This document shows positions 41,197 through 51,077 of a DNA stretch of 64,000 nt, in pieces. The DNA is from an uncultured Actinomycetota bacterium (GTDB lineage: Bacteria; Actinomycetota; Actinomycetes; JAHEKZ01): contig CAWHIJ010000003.1 of assembly GCA_963829525.1 (NCBI GenBank), forward strand, positions 1,248,001 through 1,312,000, given 5' to 3'. The notes beneath the pieces are model-generated. The model ran no database searches. It saw only the letters and a program-made list of their open reading frames with translations, and was not told where the DNA came from. The translations under genes were made by a program, and so were the position numbers. Within the stretch, counting starts at the first letter, position 1. Each line of letters opens with the position of its first letter.

Positions 41197-41756
41197 CAGC
41201 AGAGGTCAAGGTGCTGGTCGAAGGCTATGCCGACGACCGTGTCGCTGGCACCGTCACGCTGATCCGAGACGGCGACGCAGTGATCGTTGTCGATCCAGGC
41301 ATGGTGGCCGACCGCAGGCTCATCCTTGACCCGCTCACCGCCCTTGGAATCCACGCTGACGCTGTGACAGATGTCGTGTTCAGCCACCATCACCTCGATC
41401 ACACGTTGCACGCAGCCCTCTTTCCCAATGCCCGTTTCCACGACTTCCAGGCGATCTACCAGGGCGACGTCTGGGAGGATCGAGCGGCAGAGGGCTTCGC
41501 CGTTGGCCCGAACACCACCCTTCTTGAGACGCGTGGGCACACTGACCAGGACATCTCGACGGTCGTTCAGACTGATGCCGGCGTAGTGGTGCTCACGCAC
41601 CTGTGGTGGTCTGCCGAAGGTCCGATGGAAGACCCGTTCGCGCCAGACGCCGAGATCTTGCGCGTCTCGCGACAGCGCATCCTCGCGTTGTCGCCCGCGC
41701 AGATCATCCCCGGTCACGGGCCGGCGTTCGTCCCTGACGAAACGACGCCGGTCTAG
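41193..41756 (+). CDS. Metallo-beta-lactamase-fold hydrolase
   Basis: VDPG, SHHHLDH (HxHxDH), RGHT, PGHG; GTGA overlap with the upstream gene. Confidence 0.88.
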   Translation: MTAEVKVLVEGYADDRVAGTVTLIRDGDAVIVVDPGMVADRRLILDPLTALGIHADAVTDVVFSHHHLDHTLHAALFPNARFHDFQAIYQGDVWEDRAAEGFAVGPNTTLLETRGHTDQDISTVVQTDAGVVVLTHLWWSAEGPMEDPFAPDAEILRVSRQRILALSPAQIIPGHGPAFVPDETTPV

Positions 41757-41791
41757 CCGCTCAGGACCGCGACGCTGACAGACTGACGTTT

Positions 41792-43033
41792 ATGCCCAGC
41801 ACGCCCCCTGACGGCGAACCGGCGCCATCAAATGGTCGCCTGCCCGACGCCGCTCTGCGTGAAGTTGGGAGCGTTCCGTTCGGGGCCTACATTCATGTGC
41901 CGTTCTGTGCGACTCGGTGCGGGTACTGCGACTTCAACACTTATACATCTGACGAGCTGCAGGAGACGACGCAGCGGCAGTACATCGGTGCGGTGCTGGC
42001 CGAGATCGATCTGGCGCGTCGCGTCGTGCCGCACGCGCCCCCGTTGACCTCTGTCTTCTTCGGAGGAGGAACACCGACCCTGCTCGCGGCTACCGACCAG
42101 GCCCTGCTGCTAAAGGCGTTGACGGAGGCTTTCGGTCTGGTCGAAGATGCTGAGGTCACCACCGAGGCCAACCCGGAGTCGGTGACTGCCGAGCAGTTGG
42201 ACGCGCTGCGCGCGTGCGGGGTCAACCGCATCTCGTTTGGGATGCAGAGCGCGATACCGCATGTGTTGGCCACGTTGGACCGTGCACACACGCCAGGGCG
42301 GGTGGTCGAAGCTGTGGGGCAGGCTCGCGCGGCAGGCTTCGACAGTGTCAGCGTCGACCTCATCTATGGGACTCCCGGAGAGACCATCAGCCAGTGGCGC
42401 ACGTCGATCGAGGCGGCGATCGCTCTGGAGCCAGAGCACATCAGCGCCTATGCGCTGATCGTGGAGGAGGGGACCGCTCTCGCGCGGCGGATCTACCGGG
42501 GTGAGATCGCCGGGGTGGACGACGACGACCAAGCCGTCAAGTACGAGTTGGCCGACGAGCTGCTGAGCGCAGCCGGCTACGGCTGGTACGAGGTGTCCAA
42601 CTGGGCGAACTCGCCGGGGCATCGCAGTCGACACAATCTTGCCTACTGGAAGGGGCACCACTGGTGGGGATTCGGCCCTGGTGCCCACAGCCACGTCGGC
42701 GGAGTGCGGTGGTGGAACGTCAAGCATCCCCGTGCCTACGCTGAGCGGCTCGCTGGCGGCCACAGTCCGGCGCTTGCGAGAGAAGTCCTCGGGGCGTCGA
42801 CCCGCCACGTGGAACGCGTACTACTTGAGGTGCGCCTGGCCGACGGCCTTGCTGCCGACGTTCTTCCTCCGGAAGCGCGTACCGAATGCAAGAAGCTGGT
42901 GACTGAGGGTTTGCTCGATGCCAACGCGTTGGAGTCTGGACGGGTGGTCCTCACGCTGCAGGGACGGCTGCTCGCCGACCTGGTGGTTCGTAGGCTCGTT
43001 ACAAACGAGAGGAGCGGCAATGACGAGGTGTGA
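41792..43033 (+). CDS. hemW: Radical SAM heme chaperone HemW
   Basis: YIHVPFCATRCGYCDF, GGGTP, HNLAYW; lepA-hemW-hrcA synteny. Confidence 0.93.
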   Translation: MPSTPPDGEPAPSNGRLPDAALREVGSVPFGAYIHVPFCATRCGYCDFNTYTSDELQETTQRQYIGAVLAEIDLARRVVPHAPPLTSVFFGGGTPTLLAATDQALLLKALTEAFGLVEDAEVTTEANPESVTAEQLDALRACGVNRISFGMQSAIPHVLATLDRAHTPGRVVEAVGQARAAGFDSVSVDLIYGTPGETISQWRTSIEAAIALEPEHISAYALIVEEGTALARRIYRGEIAGVDDDDQAVKYELADELLSAAGYGWYEVSNWANSPGHRSRHNLAYWKGHHWWGFGPGAHSHVGGVRWWNVKHPRAYAERLAGGHSPALAREVLGASTRHVERVLLEVRLADGLAADVLPPEARTECKKLVTEGLLDANALESGRVVLTLQGRLLADLVVRRLVTNERSGNDEV

Positions 43034-43838
43034 CGTCCCAGGTGCGTCGATCCACTACGAGCAGTTCGGCGAGGGTCATGACATCGTCTGGGTGGCCGGC
43101 GGGGGCAGCCTTGGTAGCGATTGGCACAAGTACCAGATCCCGTTCTTCGAACCGCACTTCCGCAACACCACCTTCGACAACCGCGGGATCGGGCAGACAA
43201 CCTGCGACGAACCGATGCCGTGGCCGCTCGAGAAGTTCAGCGCCGACACGATCTCGCTGATCGAGTCGGTGTGCGAGCCACCAGTGTCGTTGGTCGGTAT
43301 TTCATTCGGCAGCGCGATTGCTCAGCAGGTCGCGATCGACCGACCCGACCTAGTTCGATCGGCCGTCGTGATGGGAACTGGCTCTCGCAGCATCGGTTGG
43401 GGTTGGGACTTCCAGGAGGCAGAGATCGAGCTGCGCAGGGCAGGTGGGCGACTCGATGGCATGTTCGCCGTCACCCACTACGCCGCGATGCTCTACCCGG
43501 CCAAGGTGCTCGGCGACCGCGAGCTCTGGCCCAAGCTTCGGGCTGATCTCGTGGATTGGCTCTCCGAGGAATCGAACGAAGAGTCGCTGATCCCGCAGTG
43601 GGAGTCGTGTCTGCTGTACGACCAGACCGAGCAACTGCCCGGATGCAGGGTTCCGATGCACGTAGTGGCCTTCGCTGAGGATGTTCAAGCCCCACCGCAG
43701 GACGGTCAAGAGCTCGCTGAGCAGGCCGGCAACGGCACCTACCACGAGTTCGCCGAGATGGGTCACGGCTCGATCTATGGACACACCCACGACGTTTTGA
43801 ACCCCTGGATCAAGGCCACGATCGAGCAACACCTCTAG
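43020..43838 (+). CDS. Alpha/beta hydrolase
   Basis: DNRGIG, GISFG nucleophile elbow, MGH catalytic His; GAGGAG RBS. Confidence 0.88.
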   Translation: MTRCDVPGASIHYEQFGEGHDIVWVAGGGSLGSDWHKYQIPFFEPHFRNTTFDNRGIGQTTCDEPMPWPLEKFSADTISLIESVCEPPVSLVGISFGSAIAQQVAIDRPDLVRSAVVMGTGSRSIGWGWDFQEAEIELRRAGGRLDGMFAVTHYAAMLYPAKVLGDRELWPKLRADLVDWLSEESNEESLIPQWESCLLYDQTEQLPGCRVPMHVVAFAEDVQAPPQDGQELAEQAGNGTYHEFAEMGHGSIYGHTHDVLNPWIKATIEQHL

Positions 43839-43857
43839 ATGGGCCCAGGGAACTGGG

Positions 43858-43916
43858 CGAATCTGCAGAAGCGGCCCACTCTGCGACCCAGACCTAGTCA
43901 CCTCTCTGCAGATTCG
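43858..43916. repeat. Perfect 12-bp inverted repeat with 35-nt spacer (REP/MITE-like)
   Basis: CGAATCTGCAGA ... TCTGCAGATTCG. Confidence 0.7.
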
Positions 43917-43960
43917 GCCATGGGCGGTGCGCTCGTGGCCACCGCGATCCGGCAGTACCA

Positions 43961-43987
43961 TTGGCACTCGGGCCCAAGGAGTGCCAG
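43961..43987 (+). promoter_or_regulatory. CIRCE operator (HrcA)
   Basis: TTGGCACTC-N9-GAGTGCCAG abutting a TACCAT -10, upstream of hrcA. Confidence 0.92.
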
Positions 43988-44014
43988 CGCCCGTCCTCAA
44001 TGTCGGAGGTGACC

Positions 44015-45031
44015 ATGCTCGACGAGCGCAAGCTCTCGGTGCTGCGCGCCATCGTTGAGGACTACGTCTCCACACGTGAACCTGTCGGTTCGAAGGCGCT
44101 CGCCGAACGGCACGCCCTTGGCGTCTCCCCTGCCACGATCCGCAACGACATGGCGCTGCTCGAGGACGAGGGGTACATCACGCAGCCGCACACCAGCGCA
44201 GGCCGGGTCCCCACCGACACGGGTTACCGGCTCTTCGTCGACCGGCTCGCCACGATCAAGCCGCTGTCGGCGGCCGAACGTCGTGCGATCGGCACTTTCC
44301 TTGAGGGTGCCATCGACCTCGACGACATCGTGCTCCGTACAGTCCGACTGCTCGCCCAGGTCACCGGACAGGTTGCCGTCGTGCAGTATCCATCGCTGAC
44401 CCGATCGCAGGTGCGCCACGTTGAGATCGTCTCGATGAGCCCTCGACGGCTGATGGTCGTGGTGATCTCGACGACCGGCCGCGTCGAGCAGCGAGTTCTC
44501 GACATCGCGGTCGATCTAGACGAAGAGACGGTCGCCGAGCTACGCAACCGCATCAACGAGGCCGTTGACGGCAAACTCCTGTCCGAGATGCCGGACGCCG
44601 CAGCCACCGTCGCCGAGTCGATGCCGATCGAGGTGCGTCCGGCCGTTGCTGCGATTCTGGCCACGATGGTCGAGTCTTTGGCAGGTGAGGGTGAGGAGCG
44701 TGTCGTGCTCGCCGGCACGGCGAACCTGGCCCTCTTCGGCACCGACTTCCCGGGCAGCATCCAACCGGTACTCGAGGCCCTCGAAGAGCACGTCGTGCTG
44801 CTCCGACTGCTCGGCGAGGCAACTGCTCCCAGCCAGGTCAGCGTGCGAATCGGTCACGAGCTGCCCGTTGAGGGCCTGTCGTCAACATCGTTGGTCAGCT
44901 CGACTTACGGCGCAGCGGGAGTTGGCCACCTCGGCGTGATCGGGCCGACGCGCATGGACTATCCCGGAACGATTGGCGCGGTGCGCGCGGTCGCCCAGTA
45001 CGTCGGTCGCATCTTGGAGGAGTCGTCGTGA
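44015..45031 (+). CDS. hrcA: Heat-inducible repressor HrcA
   Basis: [32 protein letters not shown]. Confidence 0.97.
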   Translation: MLDERKLSVLRAIVEDYVSTREPVGSKALAERHALGVSPATIRNDMALLEDEGYITQPHTSAGRVPTDTGYRLFVDRLATIKPLSAAERRAIGTFLEGAIDLDDIVLRTVRLLAQVTGQVAVVQYPSLTRSQVRHVEIVSMSPRRLMVVVISTTGRVEQRVLDIAVDLDEETVAELRNRINEAVDGKLLSEMPDAAATVAESMPIEVRPAVAAILATMVESLAGEGEERVVLAGTANLALFGTDFPGSIQPVLEALEEHVVLLRLLGEATAPSQVSVRIGHELPVEGLSSTSLVSSTYGAAGVGHLGVIGPTRMDYPGTIGAVRAVAQYVGRILEESS

Positions 45032-46131
45032 GCGACCACTACGCCACCCTCGGGGTCACGCGTGAGTCGTCCCAGGACGAGATCAAGCGGGCCTATCGCA
45101 AGCTGGCCCGTGAGCTGCACCCCGATGTCAACCCAGGCTCTGAGGAGCGGTTCAAAGAGGTTGCCAACGCCTACGAGGTTCTCTCAGATCCGCAGAAGCG
45201 GCAGCGGTATGACCTCGGCATGGATGGCGCCGCGTTCAGCGGGGCGCAGGGATACGGCTTTGGCGACATCATGGACGCGTTCTTTGGCCAGTCCAGCCCG
45301 CGCGGTCCTCGTCCGCGCCGAGCGCGTGGTCAGGATGCGCTGATCCAGATCGACCTCGAGCTTGCCGACGCCGCCTTTGGTGCCAGCCGAGAGCTCACCC
45401 TCGACACGGCGATCGCGTGCGCCACCTGTAACGGGGCGGGGACAGCAGCAGGCACCGAACCTGTCACCTGTGACATGTGTGGTGGGCGCGGCGACATCCA
45501 GCATGTCCAGCGGTCGTTCCTCGGCCAGGTCATGACGTCGCGACCCTGTCCGCAGTGCCACGGCTTCGGCATCACCATCCCTCACCCCTGCCCCGAGTGC
45601 TCGGGCGACGGTCGAGTCCAGACGCGCAGGACGCTGACCGTCAAGATCCCACCCGGTGTTGACACCGGAACCCGAATCCAGCTGAGGGGTGAGGGCGAGG
45701 TCGGGTTTGGTGGCGGTGAACCCGGCGACCTCTACCTCGAGGTGCTCGTCCTCGACCACCCGCTCTTCGCTCGCCGCGGCGACGACTTGCACTGCACGTT
45801 GAACATCCCGATGACTGCCGCTGCGCTCGGTGCCAGCATTCCGTTCGAGCTGCTTGACGGGGTCACCACGGAGGTCGACATCCGCCCCGGCACCCAGTCC
45901 GGCCAGCAGATCCCACTACTCGGTCAGGGCGTTCCGCAGCTGCGCGGCGGGGCGCGCGGCGACGTCATCGTGCATGTGTCGGTCGAGACGCCCTCGCAGC
46001 TCGATGACCGACAGCGCGAGCTGCTGACCGAGCTCGCCAGCCTCCGTGGCGAGGAGAAGCCGGCCGGGCAGTTCGCGGCAGGGCAGCAGGGCTTCTTCTC
46101 CCGGCTCAAGGATGCGTTCAACGGCAGGTGA
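45028..46131 (+). CDS. dnaJ: Chaperone DnaJ
   Basis: HPD J-domain and four CxxCxGxG repeats. Confidence 0.97.
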   Translation: MSDHYATLGVTRESSQDEIKRAYRKLARELHPDVNPGSEERFKEVANAYEVLSDPQKRQRYDLGMDGAAFSGAQGYGFGDIMDAFFGQSSPRGPRPRRARGQDALIQIDLELADAAFGASRELTLDTAIACATCNGAGTAAGTEPVTCDMCGGRGDIQHVQRSFLGQVMTSRPCPQCHGFGITIPHPCPECSGDGRVQTRRTLTVKIPPGVDTGTRIQLRGEGEVGFGGGEPGDLYLEVLVLDHPLFARRGDDLHCTLNIPMTAAALGASIPFELLDGVTTEVDIRPGTQSGQQIPLLGQGVPQLRGGARGDVIVHVSVETPSQLDDRQRELLTELASLRGEEKPAGQFAAGQQGFFSRLKDAFNGR

Positions 46132-46919
46132 GCCGCCCCGTCTTCTTCCTCAGCTCGGCCGGAGACCTGGCGGCCGGTGCTTCGTGCCTGCTCGACGGGG
46201 CTGAGGGTCACCACGCAACGGTCGTCCGACGCGTTCGCGTGGGTGAGCAGGTGGTACTCACCGACGGCCGCGGTACCGCTCTGGATGCTGACGTGACATC
46301 AGTGGGGCGCGGTGACGCCGTGTGTCTGGTGCGCGTGACCCGATCTGTACCTCAGTCGCCGCTGTGGGTCACCGTCGTCCAGGCCATCCCCAAGGGTGAC
46401 CGAGGCGAGCTCGCCGTCGATCTGCTGACCGAAGTCGGCGTCGACGAGATCGTCCCCTGGCAGGCCGAACGCTGTGTCAGCCGGTGGAGGGGCGAGAAGG
46501 TTGACCGAGGCCGAGCGAAGTGGGACGCCGTCGCGCGTGAGGCGGCCAAGCAGTCCCGGCGCGTCTGGTGGCCCGTGGTGTCGCCGGTCGCGAACGGGAC
46601 TGCGGTCGCTGAGCTGATCGGTGCTGCTGATGCGGCCTGGGTGCTGCACGAGGCGGCGACCGTGCCGTTGACCACGCTGCTGGCTACCGGAGCGCAGCCC
46701 GAGTCTGGACGGGTGGTCCTGGTAGTTGGACCAGAGGGTGGAGTGAGCGATACCGAGCTGGACGTCTTCGAGGGTGCTGGTGCCGCTGCCGTCCGGCTGG
46801 GACCGTCGGTGCTTCGTACCTCGACCGCAGGCGTGGTGGCCGCCACGCTGGTGCTGGCCGGCACTGGGGCGTGGGATCGTAGTCTCGATCATCGACTGGA
46901 GGGGAGCACTGATGACTGA
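46128..46919 (+). CDS. rsmE: 16S rRNA m3U1498 methyltransferase
   Basis: EAAKQSRR, VGPEGG, LGPSVLRTSTA. Confidence 0.95.
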   Translation: MSRPVFFLSSAGDLAAGASCLLDGAEGHHATVVRRVRVGEQVVLTDGRGTALDADVTSVGRGDAVCLVRVTRSVPQSPLWVTVVQAIPKGDRGELAVDLLTEVGVDEIVPWQAERCVSRWRGEKVDRGRAKWDAVAREAAKQSRRVWWPVVSPVANGTAVAELIGAADAAWVLHEAATVPLTTLLATGAQPESGRVVLVVGPEGGVSDTELDVFEGAGAAAVRLGPSVLRTSTAGVVAATLVLAGTGAWDRSLDHRLEGSTDD

Positions 46920-47259
46920 GGTCGCTGACTGCCTGTTCTGCCGGATCGTGTCCGGCGAGATCCCCGCTGACGTCGTGCGGACCACCGACGACACCGTTGC
47001 CTTCCGCGATGTCGCCCCGCAAGCGCCCGCTCATGTTCTGGTTATCCCGCGGCGGCACTACCAAGACATCGCCGCACTCGCCTCCACCGACCCCGCTCTG
47101 GCCGGTCGTTTCATGGCTGACGCGGCGCAGGTGGCATCGCACCTGGGGTTGATGGAGTTCCGGCTGGTGCTCAACACCGGAGCCACAGCGGGCCAGTCGG
47201 TCTTCCACGTACACGCTCATGTCATGGCCGGGCGCGACTTCGGCTGGCCCCCCGGATAG
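46912..47259 (+). CDS. HIT-family hydrolase
   Basis: DCLFCRIV...QSVFHVHAHV histidine triad. Confidence 0.93.
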   Translation: MTEVADCLFCRIVSGEIPADVVRTTDDTVAFRDVAPQAPAHVLVIPRRHYQDIAALASTDPALAGRFMADAAQVASHLGLMEFRLVLNTGATAGQSVFHVHAHVMAGRDFGWPPG

Positions 47260-47338
47260 CAGGACGCCCTAGCATGTATACCCAGACCGACGACCGCCCC
47301 GAGACCGAAAGGTGGCGCCCTCCTATCAGGGGGCACCC

Positions 47339-48346
47339 ATGACAGACAACGCCCCGATCGAGCACCGAGTCGTGGTGCCGACCAGCCTCGACATGGTTTC
47401 GCTGCTCGGCTCGGGTGACGCGCTCCTGCGTGAGGTTGAGCGGCTCTTCCCTGATGTCGACATCCACGTTCGCGGCAACGAGATGCGTTTGACCGGGTCA
47501 TCGGGTGAGGTCGGGCTCGTCGAGCGTCTCGTTGACGAGATGGTCGCGGTTCTGCGTACTGGTCAAAGCCTGACGGTCGAGGCAGTTGGCCGATCGGTCT
47601 CGATGCTCCGCGATCGTGAGGTGGAGAGTCCCGCGGACGTTCTGACGTACAACATATTGAGCAACCGCGGCAAGACCATCACCGCCAGAACGCTCAACCA
47701 GAAGCGCTATGTCGACGCCATCGACAAGAACACGATCGTTTTTGCGATCGGCCCGGCTGGAACCGGCAAGACCTACCTCGCAGTCGCCAAGGCAGTGCAA
47801 GCGCTGCAGGCGAAGCAGATCACCCGGATCATCTTGACCCGCCCAGCCGTAGAGGCAGGGGAGCGGCTCGGCTTCTTGCCGGGGACGCTCTCGGAGAAGA
47901 TCGACCCATACCTTCGGCCGCTCTATGACGCGTTGCACGACATGATGGAGCCGGCCACGATTCCACGGTTGATGACTGAGGGGACGATCGAGGTAGCCCC
48001 GTTGGCGTACATGCGTGGCCGCACTCTCAACGATGCCTTCATCATCCTCGACGAAGCGCAGAACACCTCTCCGGAACAGATGAAGATGTTCCTGACGCGG
48101 CTGGGCTTCGGATCGAGGATGGTCGTTACCGGCGACGTCACCCAAATCGACTTGCCGGGCGGAACGGCCAGTGGATTGAAGGTCGTTAAGGGGATTCTGG
48201 AAGGGATCAACGACGTCCACTTCACCCAACTGACGTCCCGCGACGTGGTGCGGCACCGTTTGGTCAGCGACATCGTTGACGCCTACTCGCGTTTCGACGA
48301 AGGGCAAACTGAACCACATCATCGGCGCCCACGAGGTGCTCGATGA
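47339..48346 (+). CDS. phoH: PhoH-family ATPase
   Basis: GPAGTGKT, RPAVEAGE, YMRGRT, DEAQN. Confidence 0.95.
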   Translation: MTDNAPIEHRVVVPTSLDMVSLLGSGDALLREVERLFPDVDIHVRGNEMRLTGSSGEVGLVERLVDEMVAVLRTGQSLTVEAVGRSVSMLRDREVESPADVLTYNILSNRGKTITARTLNQKRYVDAIDKNTIVFAIGPAGTGKTYLAVAKAVQALQAKQITRIILTRPAVEAGERLGFLPGTLSEKIDPYLRPLYDALHDMMEPATIPRLMTEGTIEVAPLAYMRGRTLNDAFIILDEAQNTSPEQMKMFLTRLGFGSRMVVTGDVTQIDLPGGTASGLKVVKGILEGINDVHFTQLTSRDVVRHRLVSDIVDAYSRFDEGQTEPHHRRPRGAR

Positions 48347-48801
48347 GCGTCGCGATCAACAACGAGTCCGGTGTCGAGGTCGATGAGCTCGGGTTGGTCA
48401 AGCTGGCGCAGTTCGTGTTGGCCGAAATGGGCGTTCACCCGTTGGCCGAGTTGTCGGTGATGCTTGTCGACGAGCCAGCCATGGCTGGACTGTACGAGCA
48501 GTTCATGGGTGAGCCCGGACCTACTGATGTCCTCGCTTTCCCTATGGACGACCTGCGACCTGTCGGCGATGACGAGTCTGACGAGACTGAGCTGCTGGGT
48601 GACGTGGTGCTCTGCCCAGCAATCGCCGAGATGCAAGCGCGCGACGCCGGTCATGACATTGCAGCAGAGCTCCGGCTGCTCTGTACGCACGGCATCTTGC
48701 ACCTCCTCGGGTATGACCATCACGACCCGGACGAGGAGCGCGAGATGTTTGGGCTTCAGGCGAAGCTGCTCGGCTCCTGGGCGACACCGGATCTCCTGTG
48801 A
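48343..48801 (+). CDS. ybeY: Endoribonuclease YbeY
   Basis: TDVLAFP, LGDVV, HGILHLLGYDH. Confidence 0.96.
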   Translation: MSVAINNESGVEVDELGLVKLAQFVLAEMGVHPLAELSVMLVDEPAMAGLYEQFMGEPGPTDVLAFPMDDLRPVGDDESDETELLGDVVLCPAIAEMQARDAGHDIAAELRLLCTHGILHLLGYDHHDPDEEREMFGLQAKLLGSWATPDLL

Positions 48802-50114
48802 CTGGCTCCGACATCTGGTTGCTCGTTGCCGCTGCCGCGCTCACGGCGGCCGCGGGTGTGCTGTCAGCCGCAGATGCGGCCATCAACCGGGTTTCGAGGG
48901 TGAGCCTGGATGCCTACGAGCGTCAGGGCCGACGCGGAGTTGAGGCATTGCGCCAGGTCCTCGCCGACCCAGCACGCTACGTCAATGTCGCGCTCTTCCT
49001 GCGTGCGCTGGCTCGAATCTCGGCTGTGGTGCTGGTCGCCGTGGTGGCCCTGGACGTCTTCGCCAGCCGGTGGGAGGCGGTGTTGGTTTCGGTCAGCGTG
49101 ATGGTCGTTGTCGACTACGTCGCCGTGGGGGTTGCCCCCCGCACGCTTGGCAGGCAGCATGCGGCGCGAATCGCTCTGGTGACCGCCCCTGTCGTGTACC
49201 GACTGGCCACCGTCCTAGCACCGCTCACCAAGTTGCTGATCCTGATCGGAAACGCACTGACACCTGGAAAGGGATTCCGGGACGGGCCGTTCGCCAGTGA
49301 GGCCGAGCTGCGCGACCTGGTCGACCTCGCCGAGGAGCGCTCGCTGATCGAGGATGACGAGCGCCAGATGATCCACTCGGTCTTCGAGCTCGGACAGACG
49401 CTCGCTCGTGAGGTGATGGTTCCGCGCACCGACATTGTGTTTGTAGAACGTCACAAAACACTGCGGCAGGCGCTGTCGCTAGGCCTGCGCAGTGGGTTCA
49501 GCCGCATCCCTGTCATTGGTGACAACGAGGACGATGTAGTGGGCATCGTCTATCTCAAGGATGTGACAAAGCGCGCGTTCGACCACCGCGATTCCGAGTC
49601 GACGGAGAAGGTCGAGTCAGTGATGCGTATCCCCTTCTTTGTTCCCGACAGTCGCGCCGCAGATGAGCTTCTCAAGGACATGCAGGCACGCCGCACCCAT
49701 ATCGCCGTGGTGATGGACGAGTACGGCGGTGTAGCCGGCCTGGTCACGATCGAGGATATTCTCGAGGAAATCGTCGGTGAGATTGCCGACGAGTATGACG
49801 TCGAGGAGCCGCCGGCAATCGAGCATCTGCCGGACGGTTCGCTGCGGGTGAGCGCTCGTCTGCACGTCGACGAGCTTGCCGAGGTTCTCGATCTCGATGT
49901 CGACGCCGAGGACTTCGAGGACGTCGATACGGTTGGCGGGATGCTGGCGAAGTTCCTTGGGAAGGTGCCGATACCCGGCGCCTCAGTCGAGGCCGCGGGC
50001 CTGAAGCTCAGTGCGGAGTCTGCGACGGGTCGTCGCAACCAGGTCGGAACCGTTCTGGTGTCGCGGCTTCCAGGGCGCACAGCCGCTGACGGCGAGGAGA
50101 GCAACGATGGGTGA
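48798..50114 (+). CDS. Hemolysin-family CNNM/CBS/CorC protein
   Basis: N-terminal TMs, EVMVPR, FSRIPV, DEYGGVAGLVTIEDILEEIVGEI. Confidence 0.92.
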   Translation: MTGSDIWLLVAAAALTAAAGVLSAADAAINRVSRVSLDAYERQGRRGVEALRQVLADPARYVNVALFLRALARISAVVLVAVVALDVFASRWEAVLVSVSVMVVVDYVAVGVAPRTLGRQHAARIALVTAPVVYRLATVLAPLTKLLILIGNALTPGKGFRDGPFASEAELRDLVDLAEERSLIEDDERQMIHSVFELGQTLAREVMVPRTDIVFVERHKTLRQALSLGLRSGFSRIPVIGDNEDDVVGIVYLKDVTKRAFDHRDSESTEKVESVMRIPFFVPDSRAADELLKDMQARRTHIAVVMDEYGGVAGLVTIEDILEEIVGEIADEYDVEEPPAIEHLPDGSLRVSARLHVDELAEVLDLDVDAEDFEDVDTVGGMLAKFLGKVPIPGASVEAAGLKLSAESATGRRNQVGTVLVSRLPGRTAADGEESNDG

Positions 50115-50466
50115 AGAGCCAAAACCAACTGCGTTGAGCGCTGAGGACAACAAACTCGTCACTCTGGCCAGAGGTGCCAGAGGTCGGGTGTCAGCGCCAG
50201 AAGGTGCTGCTGTGCGAGATGAGACCGGTCGCACTTACGCGTCAGCATCGGTCAGTCTCTTCTCCTTGCATCTGTCGGCCTTGCAGGCGGCGGTGGCCCA
50301 GGCCGCAGCGTCCGGCGCGCATGGAGTTGAGGCAGCGGTTCTCGTCGTCGACCACGGCGTCGCGGACGCCGAAGGTATCTCGGCTGTGCGCGACCTGGGG
50401 GGAGTAGGGGTGCCCGTCCATGTTGTGGACGCAGCCGGGACCCTCACCAGCAGCACACGCACCTAG
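50107..50466 (+). CDS. Cytidine-deaminase-fold protein lacking Zn ligands
   Basis: GAAVRDETGRTY motif; occupies the cdd position before era; no Cys at all. Confidence 0.75.
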   Translation: MGEEPKPTALSAEDNKLVTLARGARGRVSAPEGAAVRDETGRTYASASVSLFSLHLSALQAAVAQAAASGAHGVEAAVLVVDHGVADAEGISAVRDLGGVGVPVHVVDAAGTLTSSTRT

Positions 50467-50515
50467 GCCCGCCGTGCACGTCAGGTTGACGCGCCAGCTC
50501 GTCGAGATTGGATGG

Positions 50516-51001
50516 TTAGAGTGCGCGGTACATCACACGCAGGTCAACGAGCCCCAGGTGTGGATGGTCGAACGCCTCAGGGACTGTCCCGATCACCTCG
50601 AACCCCAGTGACTTCCACAGCGCCAATGCTCCGGTGTTCGTCGCAACGACTGCATTGAACTGCATTCCGAGATAGCCGGAGTCTCTCGCCCATCCCACGA
50701 TGTATTCGCCAAGAGCGCGGCCGAGTCCGCGACCCTGGTGGTCGGGGTCGACCATGAAGCTGGCTGTTGCCACGTGCGCACCGCGGCCCGGACGGTTAGG
50801 CCCGACCTTCGCTGTTCCAACAAGTTCGCCATCGAGCTCGGCCACGACAACGTGCCAAGGTGCCCGCTCAAGCCAGAGTTCCTGCATCTCGTCCGACGAT
50901 GGTGTTGGCCTCCAGGCGTACGTCTCACCGGCGTCCACAACGGCTTTGACGAAGGGCCAGAGTGTCGGCCAGTCAGCTGCCGATGCCGGGCGGATTTGCA
51001 C
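50516..51001 (-). CDS. GNAT acetyltransferase
   Basis: VDPDHQGRGLG acetyl-CoA motif; FNAVVATN..A..LW..LGF. Confidence 0.9.
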   Translation of the reverse strand: MQIRPASAADWPTLWPFVKAVVDAGETYAWRPTPSSDEMQELWLERAPWHVVVAELDGELVGTAKVGPNRPGRGAHVATASFMVDPDHQGRGLGRALGEYIVGWARDSGYLGMQFNAVVATNTGALALWKSLGFEVIGTVPEAFDHPHLGLVDLRVMYRAL

Positions 51002-51077
51002 GACCTCAGCCTAAGACTTCGCAAGTGCCAACCAGGGGGACACTCGGCGGGATTGGGTGCTCTGACAGGATCACCGC

